Part shown: piece after piece, positions 9,401 to 17,600 of the stretch
Numbering within the stretch: position 1 is the first letter of the stretch
Layout: each line of letters opens with the position of its first letter
NCBI GenBank assembly: GCA_049583465.1
Contig: JBAUVX010000405.1
Span: 1-37,282 of the forward strand
Origin: Waddliaceae bacterium
GTDB lineage: Bacteria > Chlamydiota > Chlamydiia > Chlamydiales > Waddliaceae
Length of the DNA stretch: 37,282 nucleotides
Reading direction: 5' to 3'
Translations under genes and position numbers: made by a program
The notes under the pieces: generated by a model
Seen by the model: only the letters and a program-made list of their open reading frames with translations
What the model was told of the DNA's origin: nothing
Database searches by the model: none

Positions 9401-11629
9401 TCTAGCTCTTTAGTTGCGATTCATCGAGCAGTAGAAAGCATCAGGCAGGGTAGTTGTGAAATGGCATTGGTGGGAGGTGTTAACATCATTGTCACTCCCT
9501 CTCTATTTATTCTGGGGAGTCAAGGGGGAATATTGAGTGAAGATGGACGCTGTAAAACATTTGATAAGAGAGCCAATGGCTTTAGCCGTGGAGAAGGTGT
9601 AGGCGCGATTTTGCTAAAGCCGCTGAATCAAGCGGTTGAAGAGGGAGATCATATTTATGGGCTTATTCGCGGTACAGCGGAAAACCATGGTGGGAGAGCC
9701 ACATCACCGACAGCGCCGAATCCTGTGGCGCAACGAGAGTTGTTGATCGCAGCATATGGTCAAGCAGGCATTGATCCTAGAACAATCAGTTATATCGAAA
9801 CACATGGCACCGGAACAGAATTGGGCGATCCAATTGAGATTAATGGGCTGAAAAGTGCTTTTTCAACCTTGTATCACACTTGGAAAGTTCCCCAGCCAAA
9901 AGAAGCACATTGCGGCTTGGGTTCTGTTAAAACAAATATTGGTCATTTGGAAGCGGCAGCGGGCATTGCCGGAATGATCAAGATTTTATTCATGCTACAG
10001 CATAAACAGATTCCCGGGAATGTGCATTTAAAGGAGCAAAACCCTTATGTGAAAGTAGAAGGAAGTCCCTTTTATTTAGTTAAAGACACACAGGATTGGC
10101 CGGCAGCCTTTGATCAAAATCATCATGCTATGCCTAGACGAGCGGGGGTGAGCAGTTTTGGCGTGGGAGGAGCTAATGCGCATGTTGTTGTTGAAGAATA
10201 TATCGAAAAGAAATGTAAAACGGAACACTTGCAGAGGCAAGGCAATGATTTTCACTCTTATCTAATTGTGCTGTCAGCAAAGACGGCAACCCAACTCAAA
10301 GCCATTGCCAACAATCTCAACGATTACCTCGAGAACACTGAAGAGCGTGTCACGAACAATTTAAGGAGTCTCGCCTATACCTTGCAGGTAGGTCGAGAAG
10401 CGATGGAAGTACGATTGGCTTTTCTGGCGAGCAATAAAAAGGAGCTTCGTCAACAACTTAAAGCGTTTATCTCCGGGGAAGAGGTCGCAGACAATTGTTG
10501 GAAAAATCAGAGAAAGGATCATGAGAAGGACATCGGTTTTTTAAGCACTGAGGATAAAAAAGAGATCGTTCATCAATGGCTAGTACAAGGAAAATGGGAA
10601 AAAATAGCCGGCTCATGGGTGCGAGGGTGGTCTATCGACTGGGATATCCTCTATGACAGCAATAAGCCAGGTCGGCTGAGTCTGCCGACCTATCCCTTTG
10701 CCAGAGAGCGTTATTGGGTGAATACCCAAGAAGGGAAGATCAGTCAAACGGTCAAAACAGAAAGAGGTGGGCAGTTGCATCCTTTGGTGCAGGTCAATAC
10801 GTCAACCCTTTCCGAACAGCGTTTTAGTTCCACATTTACTGGCAGAGAGTTTTTCTCGAAAGATTGCTATGTCAACGGCAAACAAGTCTTGCCTGGCGGG
10901 GCCTATCTTGAAATGGCTTGTGAAGCAGTCAAGCAAGCGTGTGGAGAATTTACTGAAGAGAAACAAAGCATTCAGCTTAAGGATATTGTTTGGAGCAAAC
11001 CGATTGTTTTTGGTGATCAACCTGCCCAAGTCAATATTGGGCTTTTTCCACAAGAGAAGGGAGAGATTGCCTATGAGATTTACACCGATACCCCCACTCC
11101 AGAAGAAGAGGATTCCACACACTGTCAAGGGATAGCAGCACTTGTTCCCTATTCCGAACCAGCTCACTTAAATCTTTTTAGCTTGCAGAAAAAACTCAAT
11201 CGCCGCAATTTCAATCCCCAATCATGCGATGCAGCCTTTAAAGAGGTGGGCATTGATCATGCTCCTGCTCACAGCAGCCTTCAGGAGGTTTACTCTGGGG
11301 ATCGTGAAATGTTAGCAAAATTAACGCTGCCCCCCTCAATTCAAGAAACCCAGGGACAACTTACTCTTCATCCTTCCCTGTTAGATGCAGCTTTTCAAGC
11401 CTCTGTGATGGGCCTATCCGGCTGGAACTACCGACATTCACCGCTCCCTTTTTCATTGGAAAGTCTTGAGGTGATTGACAGGTGCAAAGAGACGATGTGG
11501 GCATGGATCCGTTTTGCTGCGGGTAAGGCATGTTCAGATGGAGCCAAAACATTAACGATTGACCTGTGTGATGAACAGGGCAAGATTTGTGTAAGAATAA
11601 ACAATGTTAGAACAACAAAAACATACTGA
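2..11629 (+). CDS. Modular type I polyketide synthase subunit, trans-AT (AT-less) type; 5' end outside the window
   Basis: This is track ORF 32..11629. The same phase is open from nt 2 (VVLSARNQERLKEY..., the tail of a KS-flanking subdomain), so the TTG at 32 is an ORF-caller artefact and not the start. Stop is TGA 11627-11629. Hand-read domain order: [KS flank]-DH-KR-cMT-ACP-KS-DH*-KR-ACP-KS-DH(His>Cys). No unassigned ~300-aa segment that could be an AT follows any KS. Confidence 0.95.
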   Translation, partial: VVLSARNQERLKEYAHCLLAFIQHFSSQEEELHIDLADLAYTFQVGREAMEVRVGMIVHSMEELEAKLQAFINEEEDVEDVYLGQVKTHKRTLAVFEADEDMANTIDAWISKRKYNKLLDLWVKGLLFDWDKLYTNKTLKRISAPTYPFIKERYWFDTRNVKSRSREESDSSSDLHPLLQVNTSNLLEQRFSSTFTGEEFFLKDHQVNGEKVLPGVAYLEMALAAFTHACGEFAGDDQTIQLKNVVWARPIIVGDQPINVNIGLFAQENGEIAYEIYVKGSTQTEDCLVHSQGTATFTASKQAPSLNLAKLQQTLNRHRLNRQACYEFFTEMGINYGPAHQGLEQIYIGGNEVLAKLSLPPSVLDTKDQYTLHPSLLDSALQASIGMDLKEGMPPHISKTKRLQPLLPFTLESLDMIDRCKESMWAWIRCSGGSEGEATSSQKLDIDLCDVQGRVCVQMRGFSSRVLGGEAGLAKERTISLEETVEAPVGLITMSPVWNAVPLKKMEALSDKLTKTIIVGGTQWQKQGIKTLYPHAKILDIEIDGSIDAITRQLDEQRVEHLVWMTSHFDLQSLGSQEILQRQNQGIFLIFHLVKALLFLGYGTKKLTWTVITTAAQAVCRDDQINPTHAGVHGFIGSLVKEYPQWKIRLLDMEAKKDWPVQEMLRLPYDAQGNAWAYRNQEWFRLKLLPVDEFSPQKVYGKTGGVYVVIGGAGGIGGVFSQWMQEKYQAHIVWIGRRKRDPAIQEKLNALSTSGPAPAYIQADATDLSSLQEAYRQIKQQHPHIHGVVHSAIDLLDASLANMDEDRFKAGLKAKVDVSVHLARVFAKEPLDFVLFFSSMISFTKGPGQSNYAAGCTFTDAFGHQLGKDWPCAVKIINWGYWDSVGVVTDPFYQQQMKKKGIGSIAPKEGIEVLEKLLNGPLDQLALMRTLKADTMENLGVMDSSERITIYPQPTLSTSLKPRESLADNREGKLGQTISRWQSSELDPFLYKLLLANLQPFLKSSEAVLSCYDRWMEESFSVLLEKGYIQEKNREHHSPVDEDLDLKELWKQWDRENILWCQDADKKAQAMLAEVCLRALPEILTGKRQATDVMFPRSSMELVAGIYTENSVSDLFNDILADMLIHAVQERVDRDPFTQINILEIGAGTGGTTGRLLPKLKPFKRYIGEYCYTDLSKAFLMHAQERYAPAAPYLTTHIFDAEKPIATQQIKGDNYDIVIATNVLHATRNIRQTLRHVKAAMHNGGILLLNEISEKSLFAHLTFGLLEGWWLYEDTPLRIPGNPGLYPEAWKRVLTEEGFISIFFPAKKHHTLGQQIIVAQSDGIVRQQQVTNRNFFPEKNKSSKVKVASVSTKMTPGVNQNHLVDKIQQNLMGIISKYMKLRIEDLDVETEFSEYGFDSITLSGFANILNQHYHLELSPTIFFEYPTIGRFANYLSEAHLAVFADKFSIHSQTQTVEHCQASIEKPRRLSRFMRVPKLSASDSKDASEPIAIVGVSGCFPEACDIHELWRNLAEGKHCIQEIPAERWDWQALYGDPQQETNKTNIKWGGFIDGVEEFDPLFFGISPREAELMDPQQRLMMTYIWLVLEDAGYSASSLSGSNTGIFIGTNSSGYSGLIADANMSLGGYSSTGTVPSLGPNRMSYFLDVHGPSEPIETACSSSLVAIHRALVAIERGECDQAIVGGVNTIITPDHHISFNKAGMLSQDGRCKTFSKEANGYVRGEGVGMLFLKRLQAAKKDEDHIYGLICGSAENHGGRANSLTAPNPQAQADVLVSAYKKAKIDPRTVTYIEAHGTGTALGDPIEINGLKRAFKILYQETSNSQVQQTHCGLGSLKSNIGHLELAAGVAGVIKVLLQFQHKRLVKSLHCHEINPLIDFKGSPFYVVQESREWQALQDVNGKPLPRRAGVSSFGFGGVNAHIVLEEYIPKDDRQPKGIIVNSSSPVVIPLSAKNSERLREYAKHLLQFIQQNPVDLANLAYTLQVGREAMEERLGLIICSLDDLKKKLQAFIDEKGDLEDLYLGQVKHNKDTLAVFAVDEELQKAINKWIEHRKLSSLLALWVKGLIFDWNKLYGDHKPQRITAPTYPFAKERYWVERKQTEFSCQELPRNRTRLHPLVHQYHFTAVDREVVEFTSIFTGKEFFLTDHRQILPGVAYLEMARAAGKLAFREEVVGLANIVWPTPIEVHEKPQEVLLRLTAKEDHYHYQVMTLDETGETSNPVIHSQGKLISEKSKKREDPASLSIQAIQSRCTAMMETEQLVEYFPQFSCGSSMFPLDCLHYNRKEALATLKLPACVEKGHESYLLHPSIMNGALTAAAALSLIQHPANHFLFAFSLESLWIYGKLPEITYAYATQSAKEGAKHYDIDLVDQQGNILVSLNGFTTLSAQTEKKRDVIYATPVWQTHPVSDKIEHEQITDPIFILTENNAALQQALNQQWPEARIEILPSLGGDLAHQIAACFLQVLNLIQALLKKQPDCRLTIMVLVPQKEQDDLYSLFAGLFKTASLEHRRVLGKIIRYPIKIGQKISPLLDALVAELADTGSDVEIRYNERDRREVKKIKEIFPLSDEATMPPLRSGSVIWITGGLGGLGQIFAKHLGSRTGVTIILSGRSPLDASKEAILKAFRKQGIDVIYRQNDLSNSKAVKRLIESIQKQYGSLTGILHAAGVAEDAYILKKTPDQVREVLSPKIAGTLAIEEATRGIKLDFMVLFSSLAAYGNAGQADYAAANAFMDAFATYRNQQVRQGKCHGKTVSLNWPLWKEGGMRPGAETEKLIEQTMGMVAMDSQIGINACGFALSTEYEQILVAQGQGDKIRSWLFSSQYEGQATSGRAQRVTRESNDDCLYESVQQELIKLVSTLQKIQSEQLNMETELSQYGFDSISFTELTNLLNQVYGLELMPTIFFEHSTLKSLGNYLVEHHLDDLKRPIARDLVLQTEDSQDLHVKHSRFVGRQKNNKPSEIDQPEPIAIIGMSGRFPGSENLQAFWQHLVSNHDLISEIPKSRWDWRTYYGDPLQEKGKTKVKWGGFIEDIDKFDPLFFNISPREAEAMDPQCRLFLETAWATIEDAGYRASSLSGSKTGVFVGVSTADYRELTQQTEREISQQSMGTFHFILANRVSYLLDFHGPSEAIDTACSSSLVAIHRAVESIRQGSCEMALVGGVNIIVTPSLFILGSQGGILSEDGRCKTFDKRANGFSRGEGVGAILLKPLNQAVEEGDHIYGLIRGTAENHGGRATSPTAPNPVAQRELLIAAYGQAGIDPRTISYIETHGTGTELGDPIEINGLKSAFSTLYHTWKVPQPKEAHCGLGSVKTNIGHLEAAAGIAGMIKILFMLQHKQIPGNVHLKEQNPYVKVEGSPFYLVKDTQDWPAAFDQNHHAMPRRAGVSSFGVGGANAHVVVEEYIEKKCKTEHLQRQGNDFHSYLIVLSAKTATQLKAIANNLNDYLENTEERVTNNLRSLAYTLQVGREAMEVRLAFLASNKKELRQQLKAFISGEEVADNCWKNQRKDHEKDIGFLSTEDKKEIVHQWLVQGKWEKIAGSWVRGWSIDWDILYDSNKPGRLSLPTYPFARERYWVNTQEGKISQTVKTERGGQLHPLVQVNTSTLSEQRFSSTFTGREFFSKDCYVNGKQVLPGGAYLEMACEAVKQACGEFTEEKQSIQLKDIVWSKPIVFGDQPAQVNIGLFPQEKGEIAYEIYTDTPTPEEEDSTHCQGIAALVPYSEPAHLNLFSLQKKLNRRNFNPQSCDAAFKEVGIDHAPAHSSLQEVYSGDREMLAKLTLPPSIQETQGQLTLHPSLLDAAFQASVMGLSGWNYRHSPLPFSLESLEVIDRCKETMWAWIRFAAGKACSDGAKTLTIDLCDEQGKICVRINNVRTTKTY
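524..1400 (+). other. DH1: dehydratase domain, catalytic motifs intact
   Basis: Starts LHPLLQ. HxxxGxxxxP = DHQVNGEKVLPG (His codon 614-616). GINYGPAH and LPFTLESL present. DxxxQ = LLDSALQ (Asp codon 1133-1135). Confidence 0.85.
1481..2665 (+). other. KR1: ketoreductase (structural + catalytic subdomains), divergent MT-associated subtype
   Basis: Rossmann motif GGVYVVIGGAGGIGG 2111-2155. Lys 2444-2446 (LKAKVDV). FFSSM Ser present. Tyr 2555-2557 (QSNYAAGCTF, with Cys at Tyr+4 where KR2-KR4 have Asn). HSAIDLLD has Asp at His+7 (B-type fingerprint). Confidence 0.75.
2954..3975 (+). other. cMT1: SAM-dependent C-methyltransferase domain
   Basis: SAM motif I ILEIGAGTGG 3425-3454. NVLHATRNIRQTLRHVK and ILLLNEIS present. 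Position is KR-MT-ACP, as is typical for trans-AT PKS C-MTs. Confidence 0.85.
4088..4318 (+). other. ACP1: acyl carrier protein domain
   Basis: EFSEYGFDSITLSGFANIL. Phosphopantetheinyl Ser codon 4196-4198. Phe at Ser+6. Confidence 0.85.
4463..6280 (+). other. KS1 + flanking subdomain: ketosynthase, elongation-competent
   Basis: EPIAIVGVSGCFPE. Cys 4973-4975 (ETACSSS). EAHGTGTALGDPIE and SNIGHLELAAG present. Core ends ~5776. Flank ends APTYPFAKERYW (Trp 6278-6280). Paralogue of KS4 and KS7. Confidence 0.9.
6338..7156 (+). other. DH2*: DH-fold domain with a non-canonical active site; function uncertain (enoyl-isomerase-like, pyran-synthase-like or inactive)
   Basis: Starts LHPLV. His is kept (6437-6439), but the motif is shortened to DHRQILPG. 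That is 4 residues shorter than DHQVNGEKVLPG of DH1 and has no Gly. YGP motif absent (FSCGSSMF). DxxxQ is replaced by MNGALT (Asn codon 6929-6931). Confidence 0.7.
7184..8455 (+). other. KR2: ketoreductase, catalytic residues intact
   Basis: Rossmann motif VIWITGGLGGLGQ 7736-7774. SPKIAG Lys and FSSLAA Ser present. Tyr 8171-8173 (GQADYAAANAF). HAAGVAED has Asp at His+7 (B-type fingerprint). Confidence 0.85.
8528..8760 (+). other. ACP2: acyl carrier protein domain
   Basis: ELSQYGFDSISFTELTNLL. Ser codon 8636-8638. Confidence 0.85.
8891..10717 (+). other. KS2 + flanking subdomain: ketosynthase, elongation-competent
   Basis: EPIAIIGMSGRFPG. Cys 9398-9400 (DTACSSS). ETHGTGTELGDPIE and TNIGHLEAAAG present. 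Core ends ~10201. Flank ends LPTYPFARERYW (Trp 10715-10717). Confidence 0.9.
10775..11626 (+). other. DH3(0): DH-fold domain lacking the catalytic His; C-terminal domain of gene 1
   Basis: Paralogue of DH1 (LHPLVQVNTSTLSEQRFSSTFTGREFF). It reads KDCYVNGKQVLPG, with Cys codon 10865-10867 where DH1/DH4/DH5 have His. YGP is replaced by HAP (GIDHAPAH). The Asp of LLDAAFQ is kept (11384-11386). The polypeptide ends at 11626. Confidence 0.75.
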
Positions 11630-14600
11630 AGATAAAGATCGCCTCTGTTCTGAGGTGATGTGTTTTGAAGAGGTTTGGGAGGAACAAGAGCGACCTTTAA
11701 CTTCCCCAAAGACTCATGAGCAGGCTCACACGATCCTTTGCTTTCTCTCGAACTTAGACAATCAGCAGGCTTGTGAGGAGGCATTACACGCAATTGATCC
11801 ACGAACCCAGATCATTTTTATTGCTGAACAATCGGATAATCGGAGGGAAAACTACCGGGTTGTGCGAGAAGATCGAGAAAGCTATCAAAGCGCTTTACAG
11901 CAGATTCGACACGATCATGAGCACATTGATGGGGTGTTTTATTTATGGCCCCTAGAAGATCCTTGCTGGATTCGAGACCCATCTCCCATCGCAATGCTTT
12001 TGCAAGCGCTATCGATCACCCAACTCCAACCCCGACGGATTTTATTGGCAGGAGAGTTTACAGGGGATTTAGAGCGCTGTTACCTGGAATCATGGATAGG
12101 CTTTGAACGTTCTTTAGAACTGGTGATGCCTAACACTCAGCTTGCAGTGATTTTCCAAAAAAATACTCAAGAAACAGCGTGTGGCAATATCCCTGATTGG
12201 ACAGAGAAGCTTTGGAGAGAGTTCACACACAATCAAACACAGAGTATTTGCTATCAACACAACAAACGGCATGCCTTGCAGATCCATCCAAGAGAGCCTA
12301 ATTTGGATGAGCAATATCTAAACAATTTAATGCTAGGAACGATTTTAATTACTGGAGGTTGCGGGGGACTGGGATTTCTTTTTGCAGAATATTTTGCTAA
12401 AAACATGCACACGAAGGCGATCATTTTAACCGGCCGCTCTCCTTTGACCTCTCAGAAAAAGTCCATGATTAAAGAGTTAGAAAAACTTGAGTGCTCAGTC
12501 TACTACTTGCAAGCTGACGTGTGCGATCAGGAAGCAATGAAGAATGGCTTGAACCGGATCAAAAAACATGTCGGCCCAATCGCCGGTGTGATTCACTCAG
12601 CCGGGATCAACGAGTTTAAAACCATCATCGAAAAAGATTTCAAGGAGTTTCAAGAAGTTTTAGATCCAAAGGTAAAAGGGACACTCATTTTAGATGAAGT
12701 GTTAAGCGAAGAGCCTCTTCATTTCATCTGCTACTTTTCTTCAAGTTCAGCAATATTAGGTGATTTTGGCGCTTGCGATTATGCCGTGGGAAATCGTTTT
12801 GAAATGGCTTATGCACACTATCGCAATGCACTTCTAGCGCAAGGGAAACGCTTTGGCAAAGCCATTGTGATCAACTGGCCTTTCTGGAAAGAGGGAGGGA
12901 TGCAATTTGGAGGAAGCGAGCAGGCCGACTTTTATTTAAAATCCAGTGGACAGCAGCACTTAACCACCAGTTCGGGGGTTGAGGTTTTTAAAAAAATTCT
13001 TTGCCAGCAGCAAACCCAGCATTTAGTGCTTGTCGGACAACCTAGCCGAGTGCATCGTTTTCTAGGGTTGACAACCGCGCCCTTAGGGGTGGATAGCCCT
13101 ATTGTCCCGGCATCGCCAACGCCTACTCAGGGAGAAAGGCGTCCTGAGATGCGGGGATTGAGTGTGGCGCAATGTCTTGAGTGGGATTTGAAAGATCATA
13201 TTAGCCGGCTGCTTAAGATTCCTTGCGAAGCTTTGGATAGGGAAACTCATTTAGCCGAATACGGCCTTGATTCCATCAGTTTAATCGAATTTGCAAGGAT
13301 TTTGAGTCATCATTACGGCTTTGAAGTGACACCGGCCTTGTTTTTTGGCTATTCGACCTTAGAGAAATTGATTCATTATTTTTTAGACACGCACGCAAAA
13401 AACATCACAGAGTTTTATCAGGGAACCCAGGGAAAATCGGTAGTGAATGCGCCATCTTCTACCTTGGATAAACCAAAAAAAGCACGTTTCAAGCGTTCTC
13501 GGTTTTTTGCACAGCCACAGCATTCCACTCTTGAATCGATTGCAATTATTGGGATGAGCGGTCGCTTTCCTCAAGCCCGATCTATTGAAGAGATGTGGGA
13601 GATTTTGTCAGCGGGTAAAGATGCTGTTGAGGAGATTCCGGAAGATCGATTTGATTGGAGGCAATATGACGGAGAGGTGCGTTACAAATGGAGTGGTTTC
13701 ATCCCTGGCATTGAAGAGTTTGATCCACTGTTTTTTGAGATTTCTCCGCGAGAAGCAGAAGAGATGGATCCTCGTCAACGCCATCTGATTCAAGAATCCT
13801 GGAAAGCTTTGGAAGACGCAGGTTATGGCGTCGAACAGATTAAACAGCACAAGATAGGCATGTTTGTAGGAGTGGAAGAGGGAGGTTATGGTTTCCAAGG
13901 AGAAGGAAATATCACTGCCAACCATAATGGAATTTTAGCCGCTCGCATCGCCTACTTCTTAGACCTTCACGGCCCAACAATGGCGATCAATACAGCTTGT
14001 TCCTCGGGTCTTGTCGCAGTCCATCAGGCGATTTTGAGTTTGCGCAGTGGCGAGTGTAGCACAGCCATTGCCGCAGGAGTGAATTTAATGCTCAGCCCGG
14101 CGCCATATGTGGCGATGAATCAGGCTGGAATGCTGTCATCTGATGGAAAATGTTTTGCCTTTGATCACAGAGCCAACGGCATGGTACCGGGAGAAGCCGT
14201 GGCGGTTGTCATTTTAAAAAAATTATCAGATGCAAAATCCGATAAAGATCCCATCCACGCCATAATCCGAGGAAGCGGCATTAATTACGACGGGAAAACA
14301 AATGGGATTACTGCACCTAGCGGTGTTTCTCAAACTGCTCTGTTAACAAGCGTCTATCATACCCATCAGATCAATCCTGAAGAGATCGATTATGTTGTCG
14401 CGCATGGGACCGGAACAAAGCTGGGAGATCCCGTTGAAATTAACGCCTTGAATGATGCGTTTGAAGCCTACACTCAAAAACAAAACTATTGTGCCCTGAC
14501 ATCAACAAAAAGTAATTTTGGACACACCTTTGCAGCTTCGGGTGTGGTGAGTCTGATCAGCCTTGTTGAAGCACTCAAACGCGAGAGCATTCCCGGCAGT

Positions 14601-17600
14601 TTGCATTGCGAAAACGAGAACGCCTACATCCGATGGGAACAAAGTCCTTTTTATGTCAATAAATCCACTAAAGCTTGGCCAAAGTCAGAGGCAAACAAGC
14701 GAATGGGAGCTGTCAGTTCTTTTGGGATGAGCGGCACAAATGCCCATATGGTTGTGGAGAGTTACTCTTGTCATGAAAAGGAGAGAGGAGAAGCTTTTCC
14801 CTCTTACTTGCTGCCTATTTCTGCTAAAACAGCAGAGGCCCTGCAAGAAAAAATCCAACACATGCTCAAGGCCCTGCAACACATCAAAGGAGGTAAAGAG
14901 GGACTAACAGCGATGGGTTATACATTGCAGATGGGGCGCCATCATTTTTCTCATCGTTGTGCGATTGTTGTTGAAGATCTGGAGGACGCAGTTTACGTCT
15001 ATAACAAAATAGACGCGGGGGAGAGGTCTGCGAATGTTTTTCAGGGGAAGGTAAAACGAGACTTCAACGGTCAAAAGGTCATCGAGCAATCCATCACAGA
15101 GCTTTTGATTAAATGTCGCACATTAGAGGAAAATCCGACAGCATATCGGGACATCTTATGTGCATTAGCCGATTTCTATTGTCAGGGCTATGGCATTGCC
15201 TGGGATCTGCTCTATGGAGAGGAAAAACCACACCGCATTCCGGCTCCAACCTATCCTTTTGCTAAAGAACACTATTGGATAAAGAGTCGAGAGGCTAAAC
15301 TCAGCTGTCTTGTTCAATCAAATCGCCGAAGCCAGTTAAATCCTTTACTCCAGGAAAACACTTCAACCCTTTCCGAGCAGCGTTACACCTCTACCCTTAC
15401 AGGAGAGGAATTTTTCTTAAACGATCACAGAATCAAAGGGAAAAAAGTCCTGCCCGGTGCAGCTTATCTTGAAATGGCTTATGAAGGAGTTAAACACAGC
15501 TGTGGATTGTCTGATGGCCAAAGCGTGCAGTTGAAAAATATTGTCTGGGCTCAGCCGATTGTTGTCGAAGGTTCTCCTGTTGATGTCGCAATGGGATTGT
15601 CCCCGGAAGAAAATGGAGAGATTTCTTACGAAATTTTCACAGAAAGAGCAAATAAATCCGGCGATAGTGTTGTCCACAGTCAAGGAGTGGCAGTGTGTAA
15701 GACATCTGCTGAAACGCCTACCTTAAACCTGGCGAATTTAAAGAAAAAGCTCAATCAACAGCGCCTTGATCCAGAGGCATGTTACACAACCTTTACAAAA
15801 GTGGGTCTTGATTATGGCCCTGCCCATAAAGCTCTTGAAGAGGTTTACGCAGGAGATAGTGAAGTTTTAGCAAAATTAACGTTGCCCGCCTCAATAAAAG
15901 AAACTAAAGAACAATTTACCTTGCATCCCAGCCTGTTAGACGGAGCTTTTCAAGCTTCAGTTGGTTTGGGCATGTCCGGCAGTAAAGAGTTGCAGCCCTT
16001 AGTGCCTTTTGCACTGGAAAGCCTTGAAGTGTTTAACGGTTGCGAAGAAACGATGTGGGCTTGGGTTCGCTTTGCTGAGGGCGGCCCAACGGCTGGGAAG
16101 GTACACCGATTATCGATTGACCTGTGTGACGATGCGGGGAAGGTATGCATACAGATCAGGGGGTTTTCTGCCAGAGAGCTAGTAGGAGAAATTTCAGAAG
16201 AATCTGAAAAGGTAGGGACTTTAATCGTGAAGCCCATTTGGCAAGAAAAGCCTCTCGATGACCGGCAACAACTCTTTCACTATCGTGAACGTCGAGTCTA
16301 CTTGTGCGGGTTCAAACAAGCGGGCAAAGAATTGCAAGATAAAGCAGGATTCTCTCTTGAACTTGGTACAGAACACAAGGATTTGGCAGAACAATTTTCC
16401 GCTGCCGCAGTTCAATTATTTGAGGACATTCAAAGGATCTTAAAAGAAAAACACCAAGGACAAACTTTGCTCCAGGTCGTTGTGCCGTCTCAAGGCCCTA
16501 AACAAGTGTTCGCAGCCTTGTCAGGGCTGTTAAAGTCTGCGCATGTAGAACATCCACAATTATTCGGACAAGTGATCGTTGTAAGCGAAACAATTTCGGC
16601 GACAGAATTGATGTCGAAATTGGAGGAAAACAAGAAACAGCCCCAAGATGATCACATCTACTACGAAGGAGGCAGGCGGTTAGTCTCGTTCTTGGAAGAA
16701 ATTCACTCTGTTGATGTAGAAAAAACGATTCCCTGGCGGGATCATGGGGTTTATTTGATCACGGGCGGTGCCGGTGGATTGGGGCAGATATTTGCTGAAG
16801 AGATTGCAAGGAAGTGTACCAGCACAACAGTAATTCTCACCGGTCGTTCGGCATTGAGTAACAACAAGCAGGAGAAACTGCAGGAACTGAAAAGATCAGG
16901 AGCAGATGTTCAATATAAAACTATAGATGTTACTGATAAGCAGGCTGTTGCAGCACTTATTCGGAAGATTCAACACGATTTTGGCAAGCTCAATGGGATC
17001 ATTCATAGCGCAGGAGTAATCAACGATCATTTCATTTTGAAAAAGGGAGCAGAAGAGTTTCAAACAGTGCTTGCCCCAAAAGTGTTAGGAACGATCAATC
17101 TAGATCAAGCAACAAAAACATTAAAGGATCTAGACTTTTTTATTTTATTTTCTTCAAGTGCAGGCAGTCTGGGGAATGCGGGACAAGCAGATTATGCGAC
17201 AGCTAATGCATTTATGGACGCTTTTGCCCACTATCGCAATACTTTGCTGGGCAGCAAACGGACCGGCACCACCTCTTCTATCAATTGGCCGTTGTGGAAA
17301 GCAGGTGGCATGGATGTCGATCAAGCAACAAAAAAGATGATGAAAGAGCGCTTAGGCTTAGTGGCTATGGAGACGGCTGCAGGGATAGAGGCATTTTATC
17401 AAGGCTTATCAGCACAAGTGCCTCAAGTGATGGTTCTGACAGGCTTGCTTAAGCGTATGCGGCACAAACTGTTATCATTTTCTAAAAACACTTCTAAAAC
17501 ACAAGTGGCATCGACTTTAGCAAAGACTGTTTCAGGCGTTGATGCAGGTCATTTGCTTGATAGGATTCAACAGGCTCTGATACAAGTTATTTCTAAATTG

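Noticed and set aside
11601-11629. Programmed +1 frameshift fusing gene 1 and gene 2 into one polypeptide
   Set aside because: I recognise no slippery or stimulatory element. An ordinary ATG directly follows the in-phase TAA. Split modules across separate proteins are routine in trans-AT PKSs. Overlap with coupling is the simpler reading.
11428-11802. 124-aa minus-strand ORF spanning the gene 1 / gene 2 junction; considered as a possible small antisense gene or regulator
   Set aside because: Both ends lie inside well-supported plus-strand domains (DH3 and the KR3 N-terminus). There is no intergenic space, no start context and no motif support.
13585-13788. Pairs and triplets of similar short track ORFs: 13585/26653; 13608/26676 on the minus strand; 4509/17959/31024; 11773/24925/36565. 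Considered as a family of small repeated genes
   Set aside because: They are out-of-frame or antisense read-throughs of duplicated PKS segments, which is why they recur at the repeat offset. They are useful as evidence for the duplication but are not genes.
15897-15905. Apparent 1-nt frameshift in DH4 during hand translation (AAAAGAAACT run)
   Set aside because: It was my transcription slip. The line starting at 15901 begins aaact, so the run reads GAA ACT AAA and the phase is intact. This is consistent with the absence of any closed frame-0 ORF in the track.
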